Of a stretch of 64,000 nt of DNA, positions 49,687 through 60,151 are shown in pieces (position 1 is the first letter of the stretch; every line of letters starts with the position of its first letter). This DNA comes from Candidatus Dojkabacteria bacterium (GTDB lineage: Bacteria; Patescibacteriota; Dojkabacteria; SC72). Position numbers and translations under genes: made by a program. The DNA lies in contig JBMNPD010000001.1 of assembly GCA_050943415.1 (NCBI GenBank), positions 4,317-68,316 on the forward strand. The letters are read 5' to 3'. The notes under the pieces were generated by a model, which was not told the DNA's origin, ran no database searches, and saw only the letters and a program-made list of their open reading frames with translations.

Positions 49687-50856
49687 ATGAAGATAGAACT
49701 GTCTAAAAATCAGACATCTGTTCTGGACGATATAATGTCTTGGTACAAAAAGCCAAAGCTTCAATATATTACTCTTGGTGGATATGCAGGAACAGGAAAA
49801 ACTACCCTACTTGGATATCTAAACACATTACTACACAAGGAAGATAAGGGTCTAAAGATAGCCTACTGTACATATACAGGAAAAGCATCTGTAATATTAA
49901 GAAGAAAACTACTAGAAACAAAATCATTAAAACGTTCTGACTATATTGGTACTATACATAGACTAATATATAAATCTGTTTTAGATGATGAAGGAAATAT
50001 AATTGCTTGGATAAAGATTCCTGAAGAAGATTTTCAATATGATGTAATAGTGGTAGATGAGGCATCTATGGTACCAGAGAAGATATGGAATGACCTACTC
50101 TCTTTTGGTAAACCAATAATAGCCGTAGGAGATCATGGGCAGTTACCTCCAGTAGAGGGTAATTTTAACCTAATGGAAAGACCTATGTTAAGGCTAGAAG
50201 AGATATACAGACAAGAGAAAGATAATCCAATTATTATGGTATCCGAGATTGCTAGAAAGTACGGTAATATTCCAGCTATTGAGTTTAGTAAAACTGTAAA
50301 AAAGATTAAAACAGATAACGAGGATTTACATGAATTTCTTACAGATACATTCTCAGCATACGATAAGGATCTGATGGTATTAGTTGGTTACAACAATACT
50401 AGAATTAAGCTAAATAGATGGATTAGAGAACTATTAGAGTTTGATTCTCCTAATCCACAGGCTGGTGACAGAGTGATATGTCTTAAAAATAACCATGTTG
50501 AGGAGATATTTAACGGTATGACTGGAACTTTACTAGCTATTTCTAAGGAGAAAAACAAAAATTTAGAATACTATGATACAGAAATAGAATTTGATGACGA
50601 AGACAATATATATTTTTTGAATATGGATATCAAACAGTTTAATAATCCTACTACTATCTTAAAATCTAATGGTGAGGATATTAATCTTTTTGATTTTGGT
50701 TATGCTTTTACAGTTCACAAAGCTCAGGGTAGTCAAAGTGAAAAGGTTGTACTTTTTGAAGAAAGATTTGCTCAAATGAGTGATGATATTTGGAGAAGAT
50801 GGTTGTATACAGGAGTAACAAGAGCTGTAAGTGAGTTGTATATTATTGGTAAGTAG
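49687..50856 (+). CDS. SF1 RecD/Dda-like ATP-dependent DNA helicase.
   Basis: Walker A 'GYAGTGKTT', DExx 'VVDEASM' and C-terminal 'AFTVHKAQGSQ' UvrD_C_2-like motif. Confidence 0.8.
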   Translation: MKIELSKNQTSVLDDIMSWYKKPKLQYITLGGYAGTGKTTLLGYLNTLLHKEDKGLKIAYCTYTGKASVILRRKLLETKSLKRSDYIGTIHRLIYKSVLDDEGNIIAWIKIPEEDFQYDVIVVDEASMVPEKIWNDLLSFGKPIIAVGDHGQLPPVEGNFNLMERPMLRLEEIYRQEKDNPIIMVSEIARKYGNIPAIEFSKTVKKIKTDNEDLHEFLTDTFSAYDKDLMVLVGYNNTRIKLNRWIRELLEFDSPNPQAGDRVICLKNNHVEEIFNGMTGTLLAISKEKNKNLEYYDTEIEFDDEDNIYFLNMDIKQFNNPTTILKSNGEDINLFDFGYAFTVHKAQGSQSEKVVLFEERFAQMSDDIWRRWLYTGVTRAVSELYIIGK

Positions 50857-50874
50857 TATCTGTTAGGTATATAA

Positions 50875-51645
50875 TTGGTTATGATTGTAAAGAATTTCAA
50901 AGAAGAAGAAATTTTAATAGAGGCTGGTAAAATTTCTACGGAGATACTTTCTAAACTTGGGAAAATGGTTAAGGCAGGAGTAACACCTCTTCAGATTGAT
51001 GAGTATGCAGGAGAGCTTTGTAGAGAATACGGTGTTCATCCTGCATTTAAAAGAGTTGAGGATTATCATTTTAATACCACTATCTCTGCTAATGATGTTC
51101 CTGTACATGGTATTCCAACGAAAGTTCCTTTTAAAAAGGGTGATCTTGTTTCTATTGATTTTGGTATTGTTTACAAAAAGATGTATACAGATCACTGTTG
51201 GACTTGGAGTATTGGTGAACCTAATGATAGAAATAGGAAGCTTTTGAATGCTGGTAGAGCTGCTGTAGAGAATGCTGTATCTAAGGCTGTCGTTGGAAAT
51301 AAAACGGGTGATTTAGGCTACGAGATGGAGATGGAGGCTACAAGAAATGGTTTTAATGTTTTAAGTGTATTTGTAGGACATGGTATAGGTCATTCTTTAC
51401 ATGAAGAACCAAATATTCCTGCTTTTGGTAAGCGAGGAAAAGGTACTCTACTAGAAGATGGTATGGTCATATGTGTTGAGTGTCAGGTTGTAGATGATGA
51501 AGATGATATTATTATAGATGATGATGGATGGACAGCAAGGACAGTAAATGGTGGTAACAGTGTTATGTTTGAATACATGGTTATTGTTAAAAAAAATGCT
51601 CCTCTTGTTCTTACAGATCAATATAATTGGGATACTGTTGTTTAA
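50875..51645 (+). CDS. map: Methionine aminopeptidase type I.
   Basis: Pita-bread fold metal ligands in 'DFGIVY', 'GHGIGHSLHE' and 'FE'. Confidence 0.85.
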   Translation: MVMIVKNFKEEEILIEAGKISTEILSKLGKMVKAGVTPLQIDEYAGELCREYGVHPAFKRVEDYHFNTTISANDVPVHGIPTKVPFKKGDLVSIDFGIVYKKMYTDHCWTWSIGEPNDRNRKLLNAGRAAVENAVSKAVVGNKTGDLGYEMEMEATRNGFNVLSVFVGHGIGHSLHEEPNIPAFGKRGKGTLLEDGMVICVECQVVDDEDDIIIDDDGWTARTVNGGNSVMFEYMVIVKKNAPLVLTDQYNWDTVV

Positions 51646-51728
51646 TTTATCCTAGCTAATATTTTTTAATATATTCCGTACTAGAGTTGTATGTTACAAT
51701 AGACGAGTTAAAATATTTTCATAAACAC

Positions 51729-52658
51729 ATGTCTGATACAAAAATATATGATGTAGCCATAATAGGGAGTGGTCCTGCAGGATATACAGCAGGAATATAT
51801 GCAAGTAGATACAAACTAAGTAACATAATTATTGGTGGAATATCTGGAGGTACTATGACAGAGGCACACAAAATCTGTAATTATCCTGGATACACCGAAA
51901 TATCAGGTATGGAACTATCTATGAAGTTTTTAGAACATGCAAAAGAGAGTGGTTCTGAGATACTAAGTGATACTCTTCTAGATGTAACTAAGGATAAGGA
52001 TGTATTTAAAATTAAAACTAAAACAAAAGAAGAAATACTTTCTAAAACCATCATAGTAGCTACCGGTACAGACAGAAACAAATTAATGATACCAAGAGAA
52101 GATGAATTTTTAGGTAAAGGTCTCTCCTACTGTACCACATGTGATGGAATGTTTTACAAAGGAAAGACGGTTGGAGTCATAGGGGGAAGTAGTGCTGCTA
52201 CTATGGCTGCTGTGATGCTCTCTGGGATAGCTAAAGAGGTTTATATAATCTACAGAGGTACAGAGTTAAGAGGTGAACCTGCTTGGATAGATCAGGTTAA
52301 GCAGAAAGAGAATATAAAGGTTTTGTTAACAACTTTGATTACAGAATTAGATGGTGAAAATAAACTTGAGAGAGTTAAGCTTTCTAAAGAATATGAAGGT
52401 TCTGAGTATTTGAATCTAAATGGTATTTTTGTAGAAATAGGCGCAGCACCAAATAATCTAATGGCAGAGAAATTAGGTCTTGAGACAGATGAGAAGATGT
52501 ATATTAAGGTTGATAATGCGCAGGAGACAAGTTTAGAGGGTGTTTGGGCTGCAGGAGATTGTACTACTAACTCTAATTACTTCCATCAGATTGTATGCGC
52601 TACATCAGAGGGTGCAGTAGCTGCTAACTCTGTATATACATATTTGAAAGAAAAATAG
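51729..52658 (+). CDS. trxB: Thioredoxin-disulfide reductase.
   Basis: FAD 'DVAIIGSGPAG', redox-active 'CTTCDG' and NADPH 'GGSSAA' motifs. Confidence 0.85.
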   Translation: MSDTKIYDVAIIGSGPAGYTAGIYASRYKLSNIIIGGISGGTMTEAHKICNYPGYTEISGMELSMKFLEHAKESGSEILSDTLLDVTKDKDVFKIKTKTKEEILSKTIIVATGTDRNKLMIPREDEFLGKGLSYCTTCDGMFYKGKTVGVIGGSSAATMAAVMLSGIAKEVYIIYRGTELRGEPAWIDQVKQKENIKVLLTTLITELDGENKLERVKLSKEYEGSEYLNLNGIFVEIGAAPNNLMAEKLGLETDEKMYIKVDNAQETSLEGVWAAGDCTTNSNYFHQIVCATSEGAVAANSVYTYLKEK

Positions 52659-52663
52659 TACAA

Positions 52664-53149
52664 TTACTCTTTAGTTTTACTAAACTCTACCCATTCTGCT
52701 AGGTAGTTGGAACTAGACCAGATCTTTGGATCACCTACGTTGTACTCTACTTTACCTCCGTAGCTTTCTACTACTTCAGCTTCTGGTACTTTGTTAGCAC
52801 TGTCTCTATCTCCTCCTTTTGTAAATACATCGGGTCTCACTATTTCTAATGCCTCACAGCTATCATATTTGGTAGGATGATCATAGATTACAACATAATC
52901 AACATCTTTTAGATTATCTATGATATATGCTCTGTCTTTTGCAGGAATGAACGGTTTGCCTTTTTTAGTAATACATTGCTGATCACCATTAAGTATTACA
53001 ACTAAAGTATCACCAAACTTTTTTGATTCTCTTATGCATGATATATGTCCAGGATGTATTGGATCAAAAAAACCACATGTAGCTACTATTTTTTTATCTT
53101 TTAACTCTGTTTCTCTTAATTTAGCAAACTCTTCTGGAGATAAAATCAT
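52664..53149 (-). CDS. Cytidylyl/adenylyltransferase-like nucleotidyltransferase (HxGH family).
   Basis: 'CGFFDPIHPGH' HIGH motif. About 160 aa. Confidence 0.7.
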   Translation of the reverse strand: MILSPEEFAKLRETELKDKKIVATCGFFDPIHPGHISCIRESKKFGDTLVVILNGDQQCITKKGKPFIPAKDRAYIIDNLKDVDYVVIYDHPTKYDSCEALEIVRPDVFTKGGDRDSANKVPEAEVVESYGGKVEYNVGDPKIWSSSNYLAEWVEFSKTKE

Positions 53150-53371
53150 ATGTGAAATATTTATAACTTAATTATGAATCTTACATTGTAAAAGTTATAT
53201 AAGTCAAATATGGAAGATAATTAGATACCTAGTAAATAATTAATTCAAATAACATGACTTGTAGTAATTAATTATTTGTTACTTTTTCTTTTTGTTTCAA
53301 ATATAACTGTTTTTATTCCGACTATAAGCTGTTGACCACCACTATCTGTTGTTGTAGGCTGGACTACTAAC

Positions 53372-53386
53372 TACAATATATTGTGT
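53372..53386 (+). promoter_or_regulatory. NrdR box-like palindrome upstream of nrdR-nrdD.
   Basis: 'tACAATATATTGTgt' matches the NrdR operator consensus (acaCwAtATaTwGtgt). It is a perfect 12-bp palindrome, 7 nt before the nrdR ATG. Confidence 0.6.
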
Positions 53387-53392
53387 AATGAT

Positions 53393-53842
53393 ATGAAATG
53401 TCCGTTTTGTGAATGTGAAAATACAAAAGTAGTAGATAAGAGAGACAATCGAGATGATGGAACTACTAGAAGACGAAGACAGTGCTTGAGATGTAGTAAA
53501 AGATTTACAACATATGAACGGGTAGAAAGTATAGATGTAAGTATTGTTAAGAAAGATGGCTCTTTGGAAAAATTTGACTCACAGAAGGTATCTAAAAGTA
53601 TCAGAAAGGCTGCTAATCTAGATAAGATTAGTGATGATGATATAGAGGAATTTACTGAAAGTATTGAAAGATTAGTATTAAATAGTGAAGAACCTATTAC
53701 ATCTAATCAGATTGGCCTTTTGATATTAGATTGGTTAAAGAAAAGGGATCAGTTAGCGTATATTAGATTTGCTTCTGTGTACAAAAATTTTCAAGGATTA
53801 GATGATATTACAGAAGAAATTAAAAGTTTAGAAAAAATATAA
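53393..53842 (+). CDS. nrdR: Transcriptional repressor NrdR.
   Basis: Zn-ribbon 'MKCPFCE...C..C' plus an ATP-cone. Confidence 0.9.
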   Translation: MKCPFCECENTKVVDKRDNRDDGTTRRRRQCLRCSKRFTTYERVESIDVSIVKKDGSLEKFDSQKVSKSIRKAANLDKISDDDIEEFTESIERLVLNSEEPITSNQIGLLILDWLKKRDQLAYIRFASVYKNFQGLDDITEEIKSLEKI

Positions 53843-53860
53843 TTTATAATTATTCGTAAA

Positions 53861-55930
53861 ATGTCTGCCCAAAAGAAAAAGAAGACTCCACAATTTAAAG
53901 TAAAAAAAAGGGATGGTAGATTAGTTAAATTTGATAGGGAAAGAATAGAGTCAGGGATTTTTAAAGCTGCAGAAGGAGTTGGAGGTACTGAGCGTAAAAG
54001 AGCAAAAGAGGTTACTGATGAAGTGATTGCTCGATTGATAGGAAAATATTCAGGTAAGAAATATATCAAGACTGAACAGATAGCTGATATTGTTAAACAG
54101 ACACTTCTAGATATGGGTCATGGTAAAACTTCTATGGCGTTTAGCCTGTTTGTTGATCTTCGAAATCAGGTTAAGAACATTAAGTCTTTGATTGATGCAG
54201 ATACTCTAGTTAGGGATTATATAGATAAGCTGGATTGGCAGGTTAATGAGAATAGTAATATGGCTTATTCGTGGCAGGGTTTAAATAACTATATTTCCTC
54301 TACCATACAAGCTAATTACTGGTTACATAGTATATATCCAAAAGAGATTTCTGATGCTAATATTAGTAAGGATTTCCATATTCATGATCTAGGTATGTTA
54401 GCATCATATTGTTGTGGTTGGAGTTTAGAAGATTTACTTTTAAAAGGTTTTGCAGGAGTAAAGGGAAAGATTTCTTCTAAACCTCCTAGGCATTTTGGTG
54501 CTGCTTTGGGTCAATGTGTTAACTTCTTCTATACTTTACAACATGAGGCTGCAGGTGCTCAAGCATTCTCTAATTTCGATACATATCTTGCACCGTTCAT
54601 AAGATACGATAAACTTTCTTACAAAGAGGTTAAACAGAAAATGCAAGAGTTTCTCTTCAATATGAATGTGCCTACTAGGGTTGGTTGTCAAACACCATTT
54701 ACAAATATAACTATGGATTTAATACCGTCAGGACAGCTAGCTGAACAGAATGTAATCATAGGAGGGGTTCTTCAGAAAGAAAAATACAAAGATTTTCAGA
54801 AAGAAATGGATATGATTAACAAAGCTTTCTGTGAGGTTATGATGGAGGGTGATGCAAATGGTCGTTTATTTTCCTACCCTATTCCTACATACAATTTAAC
54901 TAAGGACTTTGATTGGGACAAGAAAGAGTATATCCCTGTATGGAAAATGACAGCTAAGTATGGTGTGCCGTATTTTTCTAACTTCATTAACTCAGATATG
55001 AGTCCTGATGATGCTAGAAGTATGTGTTGTAGATTAAGGTTAGATAATCGAGTACTAAGAAAAAGAGGTGGAGGTCTTTTTGGTGCAAATCCGTTGACTG
55101 GAAGTGTTGGTGTTGTAACTATTAACTTACCTAGAATAGGTATAGAGGCCAAGAATAAGAGGGAATTCTACAAAATTTTGAACAAGAAGATGGATTTGGC
55201 AAAGAAAAGTCTAATTATTAAGAGAAAGTTCATAGAGAAATATATGGATGCTGGTTTGTATCCATATTCTAGATTCTATCTTGCTGATATTAAGAAAAGG
55301 TTTGGAGAGTATTACAAAAATCACTTTAATACGATAGGAATATTAGGTATGAATGAGTGTCTAATAAACTTTTTTGGTGACAAGAGTAAAGATATTACAT
55401 CAAAAGAAGGTCGCAAATTTGGTTTGGAAATTTTAGATCATATGAGGGAAAGGTTGTTAAAGTATCAAAATGAAACTAATCAACTTTTTAATTTAGAGGC
55501 AACTCCGGGAGAAGGTGCTACATACAAGTTTGCCAAGGCTGATAAGAAGAAGTCTGGAGAAGACATTATAACTGCAGCTGATGTTGGAAGAACGAAGACA
55601 GATGTCCCCTACTATACTAATAGTAGTCAACTTCCTGTGGGGTTAACAGATGATATTTTTGAAACCCTTGATTTACAGGATGAATTTCAATGTAAGTATA
55701 CTGGCGGAACTGTGCTTCATATATATCTTGGTGAAAGAATTTCTTCTGTAGAGGCTACCAAGAACTTAATTAGAAAAATCGCTACTAACTACAAATTACC
55801 ATACTTTTCAATAACTCCTACATTTAGTGTGTGTCCAAAGCATGGGTATATATCTGGAGAGCATAAGTACTGTCCTGTTTGTGATTCTGAAAGAGGCTAC
55901 AAAGAAGGTATGCCTTTTGATGAAGAGTAA
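53861..55930 (+). CDS. nrdD: Anaerobic ribonucleoside-triphosphate reductase (class III).
   Basis: N-terminal ATP-cone 'VKKRDGRLVKFDRERI'. C-terminal Zn ribbon 'CPKHGY...CPVC'. 689 aa, upstream of nrdG. Confidence 0.85.
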   Translation: MSAQKKKKTPQFKVKKRDGRLVKFDRERIESGIFKAAEGVGGTERKRAKEVTDEVIARLIGKYSGKKYIKTEQIADIVKQTLLDMGHGKTSMAFSLFVDLRNQVKNIKSLIDADTLVRDYIDKLDWQVNENSNMAYSWQGLNNYISSTIQANYWLHSIYPKEISDANISKDFHIHDLGMLASYCCGWSLEDLLLKGFAGVKGKISSKPPRHFGAALGQCVNFFYTLQHEAAGAQAFSNFDTYLAPFIRYDKLSYKEVKQKMQEFLFNMNVPTRVGCQTPFTNITMDLIPSGQLAEQNVIIGGVLQKEKYKDFQKEMDMINKAFCEVMMEGDANGRLFSYPIPTYNLTKDFDWDKKEYIPVWKMTAKYGVPYFSNFINSDMSPDDARSMCCRLRLDNRVLRKRGGGLFGANPLTGSVGVVTINLPRIGIEAKNKREFYKILNKKMDLAKKSLIIKRKFIEKYMDAGLYPYSRFYLADIKKRFGEYYKNHFNTIGILGMNECLINFFGDKSKDITSKEGRKFGLEILDHMRERLLKYQNETNQLFNLEATPGEGATYKFAKADKKKSGEDIITAADVGRTKTDVPYYTNSSQLPVGLTDDIFETLDLQDEFQCKYTGGTVLHIYLGERISSVEATKNLIRKIATNYKLPYFSITPTFSVCPKHGYISGEHKYCPVCDSERGYKEGMPFDEE

Positions 55931-56089
55931 TATTATTTAAATTATTTTAATTACTGCCATGAAAAAAATTAAAAGGCAAAGATGTGAGGTTTACTCTAGA
56001 GTAGTAGGATATATTAGACCTATTGGTCAGTGGAATGTTGGTAAACAGGCTGAATGGGGTGACAGAAAAATGTTTAAAATTAAATAGGA

Positions 56090-56785
56090 ATGTTACCTAT
56101 TTACCATTTTGAAAAAGCATCTTTGTTGGATTATCCTGGTAAAGTATCAACTGTAGTGTTTCTTTACGGTTGTAACTTGAGATGTCCTTACTGTCATAAT
56201 CCTGAGTTAGTGGTAGAAAAGTTTGATAGGAGTAAGGTTATAACACAAAAACAAGTTTTAAATTTTTTAAGGAAAAGACAAGGTAAACTTGACGGTGTTG
56301 TTATTACAGGTGGAGAACCACTAATTCAGAAAGGTCTTCTTAATTTCATAAAGAAAATTAAGAAATTGGGTTTTCTTGTTAAACTTGATAGTAATGGTCT
56401 ACTACCCGACCTTTTAGACGAATATATTAAATCTGGCTATATCGATTATGTAGCTATGGATGTTAAGTATCCTTATGCTCAGTATGTAATAGAAACAGGA
56501 AAAAAGGATGTTGTTAAATTAATAAAAAAATCTATAGATATTGTGATGAATTCAGGTGTAGATTATGAATTTAGAACTACATATGTAAAAGGAATACATG
56601 ATAAAGAAGCTGTTGAGGAGATATGTAAGATGATATCGGATGCAAAGAGGTATTTTATTCAAAATTTTAGAGCAGGAAAGAGCATAGATGAGTCTTTATC
56701 TGGAAAGAACAGCTTTTCAGAAAAAGAATTAAAAGAGTTTAAAAAAATAGCTAAAAAGTATGTAAAAGAGGTTCAGATTAGGTAG
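56090..56785 (+). CDS. nrdG: Anaerobic RNR-activating radical-SAM protein.
   Basis: 'CNLRCPYCHN' radical-SAM cluster motif. Confidence 0.85.
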   Translation: MLPIYHFEKASLLDYPGKVSTVVFLYGCNLRCPYCHNPELVVEKFDRSKVITQKQVLNFLRKRQGKLDGVVITGGEPLIQKGLLNFIKKIKKLGFLVKLDSNGLLPDLLDEYIKSGYIDYVAMDVKYPYAQYVIETGKKDVVKLIKKSIDIVMNSGVDYEFRTTYVKGIHDKEAVEEICKMISDAKRYFIQNFRAGKSIDESLSGKNSFSEKELKEFKKIAKKYVKEVQIR

Positions 56786-57443
56786 TTGGATTCTCTAAAA
56801 CTTTGATAACTTTTCCATTGATGATACTATCAGTATTTCTGTCTATATATATTGGTTGATTTAGAGGGTTAGATGATTCTGGATACAGAATTATCATATC
56901 CTTATTCTGTTTTATTCTTTTTACTGTAGCACCATTTTCTATAATAGCTACAACAATATCACCATCTTCTATTTCACAATCTTTTTGAACAATAATATAC
57001 GAACCGTTGTCCAGTCTGTTGCCATCTATCTCTGCTAAATCCATAGAATCCCCTTTTACTATTAAGGAAAAGAGATTTTCTTTCTTACCAACAATATTTT
57101 GATCAACCTTCAATACACCAATATTCTCCTCTTCTGCACTAACTAGAGGAGTACCTGCATTCGCATATCCTAAAATAGGAATACCAACAAGATAGTCGTA
57201 TACTATTTCTTCGTCTTTTTCAACCATATGTATACCTCTAGGTTTACCTGTTCTGAATATATACCCTTTCTTCTCTAAAGCAAGCAGATGAACAACAACA
57301 CCTCTCTTAGTAGAAATCCCGAGTTCTTGCTGTAATTCAGACAAAGATGGAGCATGTTCATTCTCAAGATAGTATCGTTTAATAACTCGTAATACATTCT
57401 TTTGTTTTTTGGTGAGTATACAATCCATAGCTTTGATATTCAT
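56778..57443 (-). CDS. lexA: LexA repressor.
   Basis: N-terminal wHTH, S24 peptidase 'GDSM' and a Lys dyad region. Confidence 0.85.
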   Translation of the reverse strand: MNIKAMDCILTKKQKNVLRVIKRYYLENEHAPSLSELQQELGISTKRGVVVHLLALEKKGYIFRTGKPRGIHMVEKDEEIVYDYLVGIPILGYANAGTPLVSAEEENIGVLKVDQNIVGKKENLFSLIVKGDSMDLAEIDGNRLDNGSYIIVQKDCEIEDGDIVVAIIENGATVKRIKQNKDMIILYPESSNPLNQPIYIDRNTDSIINGKVIKVLENPTT

Positions 57444-57556
57444 ATGTTAGATATACCTAGTATACCCTTGTCAAAAAAGAATGCAACTACTCATAGTATA
57501 CATATATCTAGAACAAGCCTATTGATGAGTTTTCTTTTTCTCTATATACTCTTCAT

Positions 57557-57877
57557 ATGGTAAAAGAAATAAAGGCAAGAAGAATATATAAAATGGAAGA
57601 TATTAAGTACAATCCTGAGAATTCTAGAAACTCTCTATTAGCTTGTATACCTATTTTGTCTGTATATTTCTTAGTGTTTGAGAAAAAAGATCTTTTTGTT
57701 AAATACCATTCCATAATATTTTCCTTTGTAACTGTTTTTCTTCTTTCTAAAATACAGCCACTAATATTAATTGGAATAGTTATGTTAATGATAGGTGTAA
57801 ACAGGGTCTTAAAAGGTAAAGTATTCAAACTTCCGTTTGTTTCTTCATGGGTTTTAAAAATAATGTCATACATTTAA
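57557..57877 (+). CDS. Possible small 3-TM membrane protein. It overlaps an antisense ORF, so the call is uncertain.
   Basis: Three hydrophobic helices. No clear RBS. Confidence 0.3.
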   Translation: MVKEIKARRIYKMEDIKYNPENSRNSLLACIPILSVYFLVFEKKDLFVKYHSIIFSFVTVFLLSKIQPLILIGIVMLMIGVNRVLKGKVFKLPFVSSWVLKIMSYI

Positions 57878-57923
57878 TTACCTTTGCTTATCTTGTATAG
57901 AATGTGTTAGAATTGTGCCTGTA

Positions 57924-57997
57924 CGGGGAGTAGTTCAGATGGCTAGAACGCTGCGTTTGGGACGCAGAGGCCGCAGGTTCAAGTCCTGTCTCCCCGA
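57924..57997 (+). tRNA. tRNA-Pro (anticodon TGG). CCA is not encoded.
   Basis: Manual cloverleaf fold. Acceptor cggggag/ctccccg, anticodon stem ctgcg/cgcag with loop ttTGGga, T-loop ttcaagt. Confidence 0.85.
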
Positions 57998-58042
57998 TTT
58001 AGCTGAGAAAAAATAGGTGCCAACTTTAGAAGTGACATAATT

Positions 58043-58690
58043 ATGAATATTGTAATAATACCTGGTTTTACAGGCTATCCAGAGGAAAAAACATTTATTG
58101 ACCTTGAAACCGACTTGTTGGGCAAAGGACATAAAGTTATTAAAATTGCATGGCCTAATTTCCCACACAACTTGAAAGACTATAATTTCACATCTACGAT
58201 TACACATATTGAAATGATCTTAAAAGAATTTAATATGAAAGAAACGATTCTTCTTGGGTTTTCGATGGGTGGTGTAATAGCTTGCCATTTAGCAAAGCTA
58301 TTCAAACCTTATAAACTTGGATTAATAGTTACACCTTATCAAGCAGGTAGTAAGGACGATTTGCAGGGGAAGTACAAGAATTGGAAAGAACTAGGTTATA
58401 GAGATGTGATATCTTCTAAATTTGGTAATTTAAGAATCCCTTTTTCATTCATTGAGGATGCAAGAAAATATAATGCACTTGAGACTATTTCTGAGATAAA
58501 TTGTCCAATTTTGTTTATTGTAGGTGAAAAAGATGATAAAGTTCCAAATAATGTAACAAGAAAGTTATTTGATAAAGCTAATGAGCCTAAGCAGTGGGTG
58601 AAAGTAGATGGAATGGAACATAAATACCAATATCAACCAGAAATGCTTAAAAAAGTTAATCAATTCATTATCGATTTTATTTGTTCCTGA
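58043..58690 (+). CDS. Alpha/beta hydrolase.
   Basis: 'GFSMGG' nucleophile elbow. About 215 aa. Confidence 0.75.
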   Translation: MNIVIIPGFTGYPEEKTFIDLETDLLGKGHKVIKIAWPNFPHNLKDYNFTSTITHIEMILKEFNMKETILLGFSMGGVIACHLAKLFKPYKLGLIVTPYQAGSKDDLQGKYKNWKELGYRDVISSKFGNLRIPFSFIEDARKYNALETISEINCPILFIVGEKDDKVPNNVTRKLFDKANEPKQWVKVDGMEHKYQYQPEMLKKVNQFIIDFICS

Positions 58691-58974
58691 TAGATCTTAA
58701 TAGGTTAATAAAGCTATCTAAAATATCTGAAACGGTGATAAAAAGAAACTCATTAAACACCATAATTTAAGCCATGAATTGTAATAAACACTCGCTCCTT
58801 TTCTCTTTTGTAAATCCTTACGGTAGCCTTAGAAATTTAAATCTAAAATTAGAAGCTCAAATAAGAGCTTCTACTACTTATACTCAAATTCTCTAAAATA
58901 TGAGATAATTTTATCAATATAAAGAAGGAGTTGTTCGTACATAGTACGGTTGCTCCTATTCACAATGCCCTACT

Positions 58975-60078
58975 ATGAAAAACCTTTTTTCAAAAATCAT
59001 AATTTCAACATTACTTCTTCTTACATTTACTTCCTTTATTTCTGCGACCGAATATTCTTCTGAAACAAAATACTTAAAAGGAAGAGTTGTTGAAATACTT
59101 GAAGAGAAAGATCTACAGTTTGAAGAACAGACTCAGAAGTACCAAAGACTCAAGATTCAACTCTTAGATACTAAAGATGTTATTGAAGTGGAGAATGGTT
59201 CATTTCCATCAACACAAGTAATACAGTACAGGGTTGGTGATACTTTAGAAATAACAGAAGATATAGATGTTGAAGGTAGCACTATTTACTATATCCTAGG
59301 CTATGTTCGTACTACTCCCTTACTGCTTCTTACAATACTTTTCGTTATCTTGGCAATTATAGTTGGTAGAAAAAAGAGCTTCTTCGCAATTATATCTATG
59401 ATTTTCTCTTTCTTTGTTATTTTGAAATTCATTCTTCCCAAAATTCAAAATGGTGATAATCCTGTATTTGTTGCTATTGTTGGTTGTTTACTTATAATAC
59501 CTACAACTTTCTATCTTTCTCACTCTTTTGAAAGAAAAACTACTATCGCTATTCTAGGGACATTAATATCTCTCGTGCTCACAGGTATTCTTTCATACAT
59601 ATTTGTAAAGTATGCGCATTTAACTGGTGGAGAGACAGAAGATGCCATGATTCTTCAAAGTATGACAGGTTCAAAATACAACTTACAGGGGATTTTACTA
59701 GCAGGAATAATAATTGGAACTCTTGGAGTTATGGATGATATTACTGTATCTCAAACAGCTATTGTTTTCCAACTGAAGGATCTAAAGAAAGAAATTGGAA
59801 TGAAAGAGTTGTTTAATAGATCTTTGGAGATAGGAAGAGATCACATTGCTTCTATGATTAATACTTTAGTTTTAGTCTACGCTGGAGCTTCTCTACCTTT
59901 GTTGCTAATTTTTCTGAATAATCCTAGACCTTTTGGAGATATTGTAAATATAGAGATGATAGCTACAGAAATTGTAAGAACATTAGTTGGAAGTATAGGG
60001 TTGATACTTGCTGTACCAATTACTACATATTTAGCTGTTTTGTTTGTAACAAAAAACTTTCTAAAAATTTCTAAATAG
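58975..60078 (+). CDS. YibE/F-family membrane protein.
   Basis: Signal/TM helix, periplasmic domain and about 6 TM helices in the arrangement typical of YibE/F. Confidence 0.6.
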   Translation: MKNLFSKIIISTLLLLTFTSFISATEYSSETKYLKGRVVEILEEKDLQFEEQTQKYQRLKIQLLDTKDVIEVENGSFPSTQVIQYRVGDTLEITEDIDVEGSTIYYILGYVRTTPLLLLTILFVILAIIVGRKKSFFAIISMIFSFFVILKFILPKIQNGDNPVFVAIVGCLLIIPTTFYLSHSFERKTTIAILGTLISLVLTGILSYIFVKYAHLTGGETEDAMILQSMTGSKYNLQGILLAGIIIGTLGVMDDITVSQTAIVFQLKDLKKEIGMKELFNRSLEIGRDHIASMINTLVLVYAGASLPLLLIFLNNPRPFGDIVNIEMIATEIVRTLVGSIGLILAVPITTYLAVLFVTKNFLKISK

Positions 60079-60151
60079 AAATATTGTCCATCATCAAAAT
60101 TAATGTATAATATGATGTAGTGATATTTAAATTAATCCATATAATATCAAT

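Noticed and set aside
57553-58207. Minus-strand ORFs 57553-57873 and 57935-58207.
   Set aside because: The second overlaps the well-folding tRNA-Pro and is spurious. The first is the antisense partner of a 3-TM plus-strand ORF. Neither has good initiation signals, so only the plus ORF is kept, with low confidence.
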